From NCBI GenBank assembly GCA_963827235.1, contig CAWHAE010000012.1:192001-256000 (forward strand): 64,000 bases of DNA, written 5' to 3'. The position numbers and the translations under genes were made by a program. Numbering within the stretch: position 1 is the stretch's first letter; the number at the start of each line of letters is the position of its first letter. The stretch is from an uncultured bacterium (GTDB lineage Bacteria > Chloroflexota > UBA5177 > JANWHV01). The notes under the pieces are model-generated. The model searched no databases. It was not told where the DNA came from and worked only from the letters and a program-made list of their open reading frames with translations. This document shows, piece after piece, positions 9,767 through 18,888 of this stretch.

Positions 9767-10480
9767 ATGGCCAGTCGCTCCGCACAACCGGACGAGCATT
9801 GTCCGGCGCTCCCGCAGGCTGAATCGCAGGATTGGTGGCGGCATCCCGTGCCGCTCGACCCATCGTTTCTGGCGCGGCCGGTAGCCATCGTGGCGCGCGA
9901 TCTGCTGGGCAAGCTCTTCATAAGGCACGAGCCGTCCGGCGATCTGCTGGTCGGGCGCATCGTCGAGACCGAAGCTTATGACGGCGCCACCGACGCGGCC
10001 AGCCACTCGTTCCGGGGCTGCACCAGGCGAAACGGCTCCATGTTCCTGCCCGCGGGACACGCTTACGTCTACCAGATCTACGGGCTCCACGCCATGCTCA
10101 ACGTGGTGACCAGCGTGCCGGGTTCGCCATCGGCGGTATTGATCCGTGGCCTCGAACCGCTGCACGGCCTGGAGATCATGCAAAGGCGACGATCCGTGGC
10201 CGGTGCCGATGGGCTCCTGCGCAGCCCGGCAAGCGTGGCTCGAGGGCTGGCGATCGACCGCGCGCTCGACGGGCACGATCTTGCCAATCCGCCGCTCCAG
10301 CTCGTGGACGGTGCCGGGGACGAGCGGCCGATCGTCGTCACCACGCGCATCGGTCTCTCGCCATCCCTGGACCCGGCATCTGCCGGTCTAGCCTGGCGGT
10401 TCTATCTGCTCGGCAGCGCCGGGGTATCGCGCCGGGATCGCGCCGCGGAGCGATCGATCATACAGCGATCCGGGACCTAA
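9767..10480 (+). CDS. DNA-3-methyladenine glycosylase (MPG/AAG family)
   Basis: GRIVETEAY, AYVYQIYG, AVLIRGLEP, RIG, WRFY. Confidence 0.92.
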   Translation: MASRSAQPDEHCPALPQAESQDWWRHPVPLDPSFLARPVAIVARDLLGKLFIRHEPSGDLLVGRIVETEAYDGATDAASHSFRGCTRRNGSMFLPAGHAYVYQIYGLHAMLNVVTSVPGSPSAVLIRGLEPLHGLEIMQRRRSVAGADGLLRSPASVARGLAIDRALDGHDLANPPLQLVDGAGDERPIVVTTRIGLSPSLDPASAGLAWRFYLLGSAGVSRRDRAAERSIIQRSGT

Positions 10481-10597
10481 TCCGCTCGCGTCGAATCCCT
10501 TGGTGCGCCGACGCTATCTCCAAAGTCAGTAACGTACAAGATAGTATCTGATCTGGTAGCAGAAACGGCAGGCGCCGGCCCGTCCGGCGTATTGCCG

Positions 10598-11689
10598 CTA
10601 CTGTACCATGCCGCGCGCCGCTATCTCCCAGGTCTCCACCACTTCCTCGCCGCGCACGGCAAACACCCGATCGTGCAGGTTGACACAGACGCAGCAATGG
10701 TTCGGCACCACGCGCAGGCGGCTGCCGATGGGCAGCCGGCTACCCTCGGGCATCGTGATCACGCCGTGCTCTTCGCTCAGCCTGGCGACCAGGTAGTCCT
10801 CGTGGCCGATCACGGCTCCGAAGCCGGGAGAGCGCACGGCGACGTCACTGCTCAACGTCTTGGAACCCGAGTCGATAACCGCGCGAGTCGTCGTGGGCCG
10901 GCTCACCACGGTGGTCAGCACGGTCAGGGCACATTGATCGAGGTTGCTCCAGCCGGCAGCCACCTGTGTGCGGTCGGAGAAGACATAGGTGCCCGGCCGG
11001 ATCTCCGTGATCCCGGGAACCTGGGCGGCCGCGGGGCCGGCGGGCGTGCCCGCCACGCTCAGCTCGGGCACGGCGAAACCCTGCTGCCGCATCGCTACGG
11101 CGACGCCCACGAGATGCCGGGCCTCCGCCACGCCGGCGGCTCTGATGCTCTCGACGTCCGGCTGGTCTTTGCTCTGCCCGGCGTACTCCATGAGCCCGAC
11201 CAGCTCGACGCCGGGTAACCGCTCCATCTGCCTTGCCAGCTCGATTACCTGCTCGGGCGACTGCAGGCCGCAGCGCTCCATGCCGCTTTCCACTTCCAGG
11301 CGCACGCCGATGCGCAATCCGTGGCTGGCCGCGGTGCGCGAGATACCCTCGACCACCTCGAAGGAGTCGGCCGCCACGCGTACTTTGGCGTGGGCGGCGA
11401 GCCGGCAGAGCCGCTCCCACTTCAGCTCGCCCCACAGGGGAAAGGCGATGAAGAGATCCTCGATCCCGTGCTGCGCGAATACCTCGGCCTCGCCGAGCTT
11501 CGCCACCGAGAGGCCCGAACTGCCCGCGGCAACCTGCATGCAGCCGATCGCGGGAATCTTGTGCGTCTTGGCATGCGGTCGTATGTCGGTACCCGTGGTC
11601 CGCCCGATCTCCGCCATGCGCCGGATGTTCGCGTGCATGCGATCGAGATCGACGATCAGGCTGGGTGTATCGAGCTCGGCAATGTTCAC
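10598..11689 (-). CDS. DSD1/D-threonine aldolase-like PLP enzyme (alanine racemase fold)
   Basis: RPHAKTHK, EIRPGTYVF, LSEEHG, PNHCC. Confidence 0.88.
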   Translation of the reverse strand: MNIAELDTPSLIVDLDRMHANIRRMAEIGRTTGTDIRPHAKTHKIPAIGCMQVAAGSSGLSVAKLGEAEVFAQHGIEDLFIAFPLWGELKWERLCRLAAHAKVRVAADSFEVVEGISRTAASHGLRIGVRLEVESGMERCGLQSPEQVIELARQMERLPGVELVGLMEYAGQSKDQPDVESIRAAGVAEARHLVGVAVAMRQQGFAVPELSVAGTPAGPAAAQVPGITEIRPGTYVFSDRTQVAAGWSNLDQCALTVLTTVVSRPTTTRAVIDSGSKTLSSDVAVRSPGFGAVIGHEDYLVARLSEEHGVITMPEGSRLPIGSRLRVVPNHCCVCVNLHDRVFAVRGEEVVETWEIAARGMVQ

Positions 11690-11935
11690 GTCATGTCTCC
11701 TCGTTAGGATTTACAGCCACCGTCCGAGATGGGATGGTAGCAGACGATACTCGCGGCCGTGACAAATTCTCAAGTCGGCCCAATTCATGGTCATGGTGAA
11801 GACCGCGGCCACCGCGGATGCCGCCTTCAATGCCAACAGCACTGGGATACTCGAGGAAGGTCCGCCGCTGGTTGGGAACGTGAAGTTCAGCCCGGCGCAG
11901 TTCAATGGCGACACCTATATCGTGGGGTCGGCGAC

Positions 11936-14479
11936 TCACGCGCCGGCCCGATCCTCGCCTCCTTGCTCGACCGGCGTCCGCTTCAACGGCCAGTAGTGAC
12001 CGCTTCCCGCGATGGTGGCGCAGGCCGGCACGAAGAACCCGAGCATGATCACCGTGTAGAGCAGCAGGCCGATGATGATGCCCGTACCGATCTCGAGCAG
12101 CGTCGTCATGCCGGAGGCTGTGAGCGAGCCGAAGGTGCCCGCCATGATCATCGCGGCCGAGAAGATCACGATGCCCATCGCTCGCAGGGTAGCGTTCATG
12201 GCTGCGCCGGCGTTCGACCGGCGGACGTACTCCTCGTCATAGCGAGACATCAGGAAGATGCTGTAGTCCACGCCCAGAGCGACGAGCAGGAAGAACATGA
12301 AGAACGGCACCGCCCAGCTCACGCCCGGCTTGCCCACGACGTCGACGAAGACCCATTGTATCGCCGTCATGGTGACGAAATAGGCTATCACCAGAGAGAA
12401 GATCACGTAGAGCGGTGCCACCACCGACCGGAGTAGCGCGATGAGCAGCACGAGCACGGTCACCAGCACCAGTACGGCCGTGCGCAGGAAATCGTCCTGC
12501 GAGACGTTGTTGAGATTCCACTGCTCCGGCGTCGTCTGCGCCGGGCGCACCGTCCCCGTGTTGATCGGGCTGGCCGAGAGCGCCACTTGGGCCGCGTCGA
12601 CCAGTCTGGGTACTGCGTCGATCGCGGTCTCCGCGTAGGGATTGCCCTTCAGGATCACCGTGATCTTGGCGATGTGCCCATCGGGAGAGATGTAGGCGTC
12701 GAGCGCCTGCCGGAGCGTCGCGTTCTGGTCGATCGCCGGCGCCGGCACGTAGAACCCCGGATCGCCCTGCGCCTCCGCGCCGGCGCCAGCCGCGAGCGCG
12801 TCGTGCAGCCGGACCGCGGTGGCGGCCAGGCGGGCGGCGCCCTGTGCCTCCTGCCGCAGGGCGATGTTCACTCTGCCCAGGGACTGCGCGAGCAACGTCG
12901 AAGTGCCGCCGCGCGCGGCAACGCTCTGTTGAATCTGCTGCAGCCCGCTGGCGCTCGCGCTCAGCCCGGAGGCGAGCTGCGTCGCTCCCGACTGCAGGGC
13001 CGCGATGCCCTGGGCAACCTGGGAGTCGCGCGTGGTGAGCCGGAAGGCAGCGATGGGACTTCCGGCCGGTTGCGAGGCGCTATCGATTTCCTGTACCACG
13101 CTCTGCGCGGCCAAGGTCTGCGAGATGCGATTGATCGTGGTCAACCCGGCGGGAGTGTGCAGGTTCGAGCTCGTCTGCAGCACGATCGACATGGGCAAGG
13201 CTCGACCGGTGCCGAAGCCCTGGGATACCGCGTGCAGGCCCTCGATAGAGGGCAGCGAGCTGCTATATTCCGCCAGCGGATCGAACGTGCGCTGGCCCTG
13301 AAAGAAGAGCGCGATCGGCGCCAGGATGACCAGGACCACGGCCACGGTTATCCAGGGCTTGGCCGTGGCAACGCGCGCGGTCCAACCCCAGATGCGGGAG
13401 TCGGGGTGCTCGGCGCCGGGCTTGGGGTGCCGCGGCCAGAACAACGCGGGGCCGAGCACGCCGAGCAGAGCCGGTACGAGCGTGAAGCAGGCGAGCAGCG
13501 TGATCGCCAGCCCGATACATACACCTGCGGCGCTCCTGTAGATGCCGAATCCGGCGAAGAAGAGCGTCGTGAACGATACGAGCACGGTAAGCCCGCTGAA
13601 CACTACCGTCTTGCCAACGCCGGCCAGCGTGCGGTCCAGCGCAGAGTGTCGATCGCCTTGTTTCAGGTACAGCTCCTCGCGGAAGCGCGACAGGAAGAGC
13701 AGGCAGTAGTCCGTGCCGGCACCGAAGAGCACGGCGATCAGGAAGGTCTGCGTGAACGACGAGACGGGCAGGCCGTGCTCGCCCAGGACCGCGACGATAC
13801 GGCTCGTGGTCAGAAAGCTCAAGCCGATGGCGACCAGGGGCACCAGCGCGGCCAGCGGCGCGCGGTAGACCACGAGCAGGATGAGGAGCACGAGCAGCAC
13901 GGTCACGCCGCCCGTCTTCTGCACGCCGTCCTGGCTCGCCTTGACCGTGTCTCGCCTGATCGCGGCATCGCCGGTCACGTACGTCCTGGTACCCGCGGGC
14001 GGATTAGCCAGGGCATCGCGCAGCGCCACCACGCCGTTCATGCTGGCGTCGCTCATGCTGTCGGTGGGAAACCCGGCCACCGCCAGCACGGTGCATCCGT
14101 CCTTGCTCACGAATTGGGACCTGAGCGCCGCGCCGACCACGTTTGCGTCGACGATGCTCGAGAGGTTGTACGTGGAGGCGTGCGAGCCGATGCGGCGCAC
14201 TGCCTGAGAGAAGTAGCTGAGCTGCGCCGGGGTCAATGTGCCGTCGCCCTGGAGCACTAGCACGGCAGAGCTCCGCGCGTGGTGCGTGGGATCGACGCGC
14301 TGCAGCAGGTTTTCGGCCTGGATCACCGTCGACGAATCGGGCAGATTGGGTACCGCGTGGTGTGTGACCACCGATCCGAGATCGGGCAGGGCGAGCGTGA
14401 CGACGGCAAGCAGTGCTAGCCACAAGACCAGCACCAGCCACCGTGCTCTGTACGCGGTACCCCCGATGAGTCGCAGCAT
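11936..14479 (-). CDS. MMPL family (RND) transporter
   Basis: Two TM clusters with GAGTDY and LGVDY motifs; coiled-coil insert. Confidence 0.93.
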   Translation of the reverse strand: MLRLIGGTAYRARWLVLVLWLALLAVVTLALPDLGSVVTHHAVPNLPDSSTVIQAENLLQRVDPTHHARSSAVLVLQGDGTLTPAQLSYFSQAVRRIGSHASTYNLSSIVDANVVGAALRSQFVSKDGCTVLAVAGFPTDSMSDASMNGVVALRDALANPPAGTRTYVTGDAAIRRDTVKASQDGVQKTGGVTVLLVLLILLVVYRAPLAALVPLVAIGLSFLTTSRIVAVLGEHGLPVSSFTQTFLIAVLFGAGTDYCLLFLSRFREELYLKQGDRHSALDRTLAGVGKTVVFSGLTVLVSFTTLFFAGFGIYRSAAGVCIGLAITLLACFTLVPALLGVLGPALFWPRHPKPGAEHPDSRIWGWTARVATAKPWITVAVVLVILAPIALFFQGQRTFDPLAEYSSSLPSIEGLHAVSQGFGTGRALPMSIVLQTSSNLHTPAGLTTINRISQTLAAQSVVQEIDSASQPAGSPIAAFRLTTRDSQVAQGIAALQSGATQLASGLSASASGLQQIQQSVAARGGTSTLLAQSLGRVNIALRQEAQGAARLAATAVRLHDALAAGAGAEAQGDPGFYVPAPAIDQNATLRQALDAYISPDGHIAKITVILKGNPYAETAIDAVPRLVDAAQVALSASPINTGTVRPAQTTPEQWNLNNVSQDDFLRTAVLVLVTVLVLLIALLRSVVAPLYVIFSLVIAYFVTMTAIQWVFVDVVGKPGVSWAVPFFMFFLLVALGVDYSIFLMSRYDEEYVRRSNAGAAMNATLRAMGIVIFSAAMIMAGTFGSLTASGMTTLLEIGTGIIIGLLLYTVIMLGFFVPACATIAGSGHYWPLKRTPVEQGGEDRAGA

Positions 14480-14505
14480 CGTGACGCTCCTTCGCAGCAG
14501 CAGGG

Positions 14506-14557
14506 AATTGACACAGTGTCAGTTGTTGAGTATACGCAAGATTGACAATCTGTCAAT
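14506..14557. promoter_or_regulatory. Two inverted-repeat operators TTGACA-N3-TGTCA(A/G), likely TetR sites
   Basis: TTGACACAGTGTCAG (14508-14522) and ATTGACAATCTGTCAAT (14541-14557) between divergent mmpL and tetR. Confidence 0.8.
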
Positions 14558-14651
14558 GGGAGATTACGATCTCTCAACGAGCCCGGGCGCACGTTGGGGC
14601 TCCGGCTGCGGCTGCGAACCCGCGGTTCCACGAGCGGGAGGGGAGAGACCT

Positions 14652-15248
14652 GTGCGTGCAAGCGACCGGCGGCAGCAGATTCTCGCTGCCGCTCAGGATC
14701 TGTTCATCGAGCGCGGATTCGAACAGGTCACCATGGGTGATATCGCTGCCCGCCTGGGTACGTCCCGCCCGACCATCTACACGTACTTCGCCACCACGTC
14801 CGCCATCCTGGGGGCGCTCTTCGAGAGCGGCCTCGAGCGCCTGTGGGCGCGGCTGGAACCGGTCGTGGCTGCTGCCCAGTCCGAGCCGACCTTGACAGCA
14901 GATCAGTCGGTGATTTCCATCGCCTTCGACGTGCTGATTGACGAGCCCGGCTTCCTAGCCGTTCTGCACAGCGGCGGCGCGCCGGACTTCCAGCGCCGGC
15001 GACGGCATCTGCTCAACGAGCGGATTGCATCCCTCGTCGAGCCGTATCTGCGGCCGGAGCACGGGCCGTATGACGTGCCGATGCTGGTGACGCTGCTCGA
15101 AGGCATGGCCCACTGGGCCCTCGCCGAAGGCGTGACCGACCCCGGCTCCTTGAAAGCCAGCCTGACCAACCTTTTGCGCCACGGCCTGACCCACCCGATA
15201 CGTCTTCCGCAGCCGGGTGCCCAGGACGATCCGAAGCGAGCGGAATAG
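14652..15248 (+). CDS. TetR/AcrR family transcriptional regulator
   Basis: RRQQILAAAQDLF..RGF..VTMGDIAARLGTSRPTIYTYF HTH; GTG after GGAGGGGAG. Confidence 0.93.
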   Translation: MRASDRRQQILAAAQDLFIERGFEQVTMGDIAARLGTSRPTIYTYFATTSAILGALFESGLERLWARLEPVVAAAQSEPTLTADQSVISIAFDVLIDEPGFLAVLHSGGAPDFQRRRRHLLNERIASLVEPYLRPEHGPYDVPMLVTLLEGMAHWALAEGVTDPGSLKASLTNLLRHGLTHPIRLPQPGAQDDPKRAE

Positions 15249-15430
15249 CCTGATCTGCCCTGGCAGCCCGGTCTGAAGGCAAAGCCTACCCGCGCTACGG
15301 CGCCGTACGACAGGCCGGTGAGATCGAGCATCACAGAGCTGGTGCCGGCCGATGCGAAGCAGAACGCGGTGGGCCGGCGGGTGTCAATAGCGGAGCATCC
15401 AGCGCCCTATCGGCGAACGGCAGACCCGTT

Positions 15431-16219
15431 TCAGGCAGGAGTCGGCCGGTTGGGAGCGCCTGCGACGATCGGCCGCGACGCGAGGTCCTCGAGGCTGCGT
15501 AGGAAGCAGACCTCGCCGTGACGGTTGCACTCGCGCACCCAGTCGCGTAGGGCGCTGCTGGCGGCAAGCTGTGCCGAGACGTCGCCGATGACAGCCAGCT
15601 TGAGGCGATAGTTGGCCAGCTTCTGCACCATCTCGCCGGCCACGCCCGAGCGGAGCTGGAAGAAGTCCGCGACCAGTCGGCCGGCGGGCACGGCGATCGT
15701 GGTGGCGCTTGCGCTCAGCGCTTCGCCGATCAGGTCGACGACGCTTTGGCCGGTGGCGAGGGCGGGTCCCGCGGCTTCCAGGCAGAGCACGCGCTCGGCT
15801 CCCACCTCGATCGGCTGCGATGTATCGCCTTCGGTCCAGCCGGACAACCGGCATAGCTCCCTGGCATCCTCCTGCCCTATGGCTTGCAGTCCGAAGGCGA
15901 AGTTGCCGTGCCTCCGCCTGAACGTGCGAAACCACTCGGTCTGGGGAAGCGGCACCGGCGGCACAAACAGGCGACCCGTCGTGCCGCTCAGGTACAGCCT
16001 GAAATCGGGATCGTCGCACAACCCGAACTCGTCGGCCACGAAGACCAGACTGATGTGATAGGACGCTGGACTGCCCACGCCCTCCAGGAGCCACACCGTG
16101 TCGCCCAGGAGATTGGCTACGAACCTGTCCGGCTTCCTGGTATACACGCTCAGATCAGCCGGATCTCCTGCCAGTGTCCCCCTCTTGCCGGCATTGTGAT
16201 ACTGGACGAAGTGCCGCAT
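15431..16219 (-). CDS. Two-domain protein: PUA/EVE-like N-terminus fused to DUF4180
   Basis: C-terminal FFQLRSGVAGEMVQKLANYR..GDVS..LRDWVRECN matches DUF4180; start at MRHFVQYHN after GAGGT (alternative ATG 16393). Confidence 0.7.
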   Translation of the reverse strand: MRHFVQYHNAGKRGTLAGDPADLSVYTRKPDRFVANLLGDTVWLLEGVGSPASYHISLVFVADEFGLCDDPDFRLYLSGTTGRLFVPPVPLPQTEWFRTFRRRHGNFAFGLQAIGQEDARELCRLSGWTEGDTSQPIEVGAERVLCLEAAGPALATGQSVVDLIGEALSASATTIAVPAGRLVADFFQLRSGVAGEMVQKLANYRLKLAVIGDVSAQLAASSALRDWVRECNRHGEVCFLRSLEDLASRPIVAGAPNRPTPA

Positions 16220-16761
16220 CGCGGACCTCAACTCCCGATTCCGGGCACCGGCATTGAATCGCCGGCACTCGGGCTTGACATACCACCCGAGCCGGGGGGC
16301 CGGCGCGCCTTCGTTGCTCGCGCCGGTGGCCGCCACGGGCTCGCGGAGCAGCTGAAAGGAAGTGCCCGTTCGCTGCATCACTGGTGACGGCATTGTACCA
16401 CCGAGGATCCCACGGGCAGCGTCGCTCCTCCTCCTGGGGCCGCTCAGGCAGCTTGCCGAGCCCGTTCGCGCCGCGAGGCAAGCGGGACGCTCGCCGTCCA
16501 GGCGCGCAGCGAATCCCGGCGCTCCCGGTGTGACCGCCATCAGTGTCGCAATCGTGACGAGGCCGTGTCCGGTTTCACAGCGATGGGAGACATGCTCGGC
16601 GATTCTCGGGCCGCAGGGACGACCGCGCTCCCTGCGATCGCCGGACCGAAGTTCTGGAGCACGGCGACGCTCCTGAGGGCGAATCCGCTAAGCACCGTGG
16701 CCTGCTCGCAGGTAGACTGAAGCAGAGCCCCCATCCCCTTTTCGCTGGCGGGAGTGCATCT

Positions 16762-17364
16762 GTGGTGCCGCAACTCGATTTCAGACCCGTGACGGCGACG
16801 CGCCATGCCCTCAAGGAGTGGGCCGTGGCGGTCGATGCCCTCCGCGACGGGGATAGCCTGCTCACCGTGAGAAAAGGGGGCATCCGCGAGGCAGGACGCG
16901 AGTTCCGCATGGAGCATCGCCTGTTCGTGCTCTTCCCCACCTTCGAGCATCAGAACGCCGCGCAGGTCGGTGCCCGCTATCAGGAGCGTCTCCAACGGGT
17001 GATCGCCGCGGCACCCGAGGCAGGCTTGGCCACCATTACGGCCTGGGCCGAGGTGACCGACGTCGTGGAGGTGACCGGCGACGAGGCCGTGCGCGCGGTC
17101 GCCGAGTTCTCCGTGTTCTCGCCGGCCTATGCCATCGAGCGCCTGCAGTGGCGGCCCAAGAAGCCGCTGTCCGTTCTGGTGCTGCGCGTGCACCGGCTGG
17201 CCGAGTCGGTCACGCTGGAGGTCTTGCCCACCTACGGCGGCTGCAAGTCCTGGATCGACCTCGAGCCCGAGATCGCCCTGGATCCATCCGTTGCGGCGCT
17301 GGACGACCGCGCGTTCGAGGATGCTCGTCGCCGCGCGCTGGCGCGTCTTCCCGCTTCCGAGTAA
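16762..17364 (+). CDS. DUF1802 family protein
   Basis: ALKEWA..LTVRKGGIRE, FPTFEHQ, YGGCKSWIDL. Confidence 0.85.
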   Translation: MVPQLDFRPVTATRHALKEWAVAVDALRDGDSLLTVRKGGIREAGREFRMEHRLFVLFPTFEHQNAAQVGARYQERLQRVIAAAPEAGLATITAWAEVTDVVEVTGDEAVRAVAEFSVFSPAYAIERLQWRPKKPLSVLVLRVHRLAESVTLEVLPTYGGCKSWIDLEPEIALDPSVAALDDRAFEDARRRALARLPASE

Positions 17365-17459
17365 AGACCTCATTAACCGCGCTGGGCGTTGCGGGGGCTG
17401 AGTCGTGGGCCGGCCGCCGCGCGGCAGGCCCGGCAGAGGGGACACACCGGAGAGAGAAC

Positions 17460-17493
17460 AAAAAAAGGGCTGCCCACTCAGGGTGGGCAGCCC
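17460..17493 (-). terminator. Intrinsic terminator
   Basis: GGGCTGCCCAC-CCTGA-GTGGGCAGCCC perfect 11-bp stem followed by T7 on minus strand. Confidence 0.9.
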
Positions 17494-17606
17494 GATCCGC
17501 GTCCGCTTGGGTCGACGGCCGGAAGTCTCCGGCTATTCCCTGGATCCGCGACCGCTTTCAGCGCCGTTCTCACCGCCGCCACCCTCCTCCGCTCGTCCTC
17601 AACTCT
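17460..17606 (-). ncRNA. Candidate ~150-nt small RNA or leader-peptide transcript
   Basis: TACAAT -10 at 17613-17618, strong terminator, internal 15-nt direct repeats, 31-codon ORF (17573-17478) after GGAGGAGG. Confidence 0.5.
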
Positions 17607-17625
17607 GTTAGTATTGTACTCCTGC

Positions 17626-17648
17626 ATTAGGGCATATCCGGTCCTAAT
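17626..17648. promoter_or_regulatory. Probable WYL-regulator binding site 1
   Basis: ATTAGGGC-N7-GTCCTAAT near-palindrome occupying the spacer and -35 region of the leftward TACAAT promoter. Confidence 0.75.
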
Positions 17649-17739
17649 GGGGGACATAATCCACGAGATTTCGGCGGTCTGGTGCGGCGCCGCTTCCCCG
17701 TGCCGTGTCGTCGGTTGTGCGTATACTGAAGCGAGCCAT

Positions 17740-17762
17740 ATTAGGGCATCAATGGTCCTAAT
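17740..17762. promoter_or_regulatory. Probable WYL-regulator binding site 2 (autoregulatory)
   Basis: ATTAGGGC-N7-GTCCTAAT with arms identical to site 1; just downstream of TATACT (17722-17727) preceding the WYL gene. Confidence 0.75.
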
Positions 17763-17934
17763 GATCGGGCGCGAGGTGGCTCTTGGGGCCTGGGAATAGC
17801 CGGCGGCCGGGCTGTTCCCCGCCGCGGCTCGTGTATGCCGGAATCGACGTCACCGCGGTCGCCGGGAAGGCGGCCGCTGGTTGCCGGCAGGCGCCTCATG
17901 CCTGCGTTCGATCGTCGAATGGAGCGGTTGTGCG

Positions 17935-18888
17935 ATGTACCACCCCACTACGCGGCTGCTGGCTATGCTCGAGATGCTGCAATCGCGCGGACGGCTTAGC
18001 GGCGCCGAGCTGGCCGAACGCCTCGAAGTGGACCGGCGCAGCGTGCGCCGCTACGTGGAGACGCTCCAGGACCTCGGCATCCCCATCGAGGGCACGCGCG
18101 GGCAGTATGGAGGCTACCGCCTCCTGCCGGGCTACAAGCTGCCTCCCCTGCTCTTCACGGAAGCCGAGGCGGTGGCGCTGACCCTGGGACTGGTCGGACT
18201 GCGGCGCTGGGGTCTGGCCATGACCTCGGTGACCGTGGAGGGCGCGTTGGCCAAGCTGGAGCGCGTGCTGCCGAATGCGGCCCGCGCCCGCGTCAAGGCG
18301 GTCCAGACCCACCTGGCGCTGGAGACCGCCACGAGGGACACGCCGGTGGAAAGCACCACAGTCATTCTGCTGAGCACGGCGGCCGCACAGGGCCACAGCG
18401 TCCTTCTGCGCTACCAGGCGCAGGGAGGCGAGGAGACGGAGCGCGTGGTCGATCCCTATGGCGTGGTCAACTGGACGCGTAGCTGGTACATGGTGGGCTT
18501 CTGCCACCTTCGCCAGGCTCCGCGCATGTTCCGGCTCGACCGCGTCAAGCGCCTTGTCGAGCACGAAGGGCGCTTCGATCCGCCGGCCGACTTCGATTAC
18601 CTGGGCTACGTGATCGAGCACGTGGTCGCCTGGGGCGACGCCCATGCGGTCGAAGTGTGGATCGGACTGGAGCTGAGCGAGGCGCGCAGGCAGGTGCCGC
18701 CGGGCTATGGCCTGCTCGAGGCGGAAGGTGACGGCGTGCGCCTGCGCTCGCAGACGGACAACCTGAGCTGGTTCGCAAGCTTCCTGCTCGGCCTGGATTG
18801 CCCGCTGGAAGTACGCAAGCCGGACGAGCTCAAGACGGCCTTGCGGCGAGTAGCGCGGCGGCATCTGCGAGTGGCCCAGCACGCCTGA
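17935..18888 (+). CDS. YafY-like HTH-WYL-WCX transcriptional regulator
   Basis: RLLAMLEML..ELAERLEVDRRSVRRY, GGYRL, VDPYG, WYMVG, FRLDRV. Confidence 0.95.
   Translation: MYHPTTRLLAMLEMLQSRGRLSGAELAERLEVDRRSVRRYVETLQDLGIPIEGTRGQYGGYRLLPGYKLPPLLFTEAEAVALTLGLVGLRRWGLAMTSVTVEGALAKLERVLPNAARARVKAVQTHLALETATRDTPVESTTVILLSTAAAQGHSVLLRYQAQGGEETERVVDPYGVVNWTRSWYMVGFCHLRQAPRMFRLDRVKRLVEHEGRFDPPADFDYLGYVIEHVVAWGDAHAVEVWIGLELSEARRQVPPGYGLLEAEGDGVRLRSQTDNLSWFASFLLGLDCPLEVRKPDELKTALRRVARRHLRVAQHA

Noticed and set aside
16540-17445. 301-aa minus-strand ORF downstream of the terminator as the WYL target gene
   Set aside because: Antisense shadow of DUF1802 with no RBS or recognisable motifs.
17494-17557. 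Two 15-nt repeats with a 34-nt spacer as a mini-CRISPR
   Set aside because: Repeats are too short, there are only two copies and no Cas genes; kept instead as an sRNA feature.
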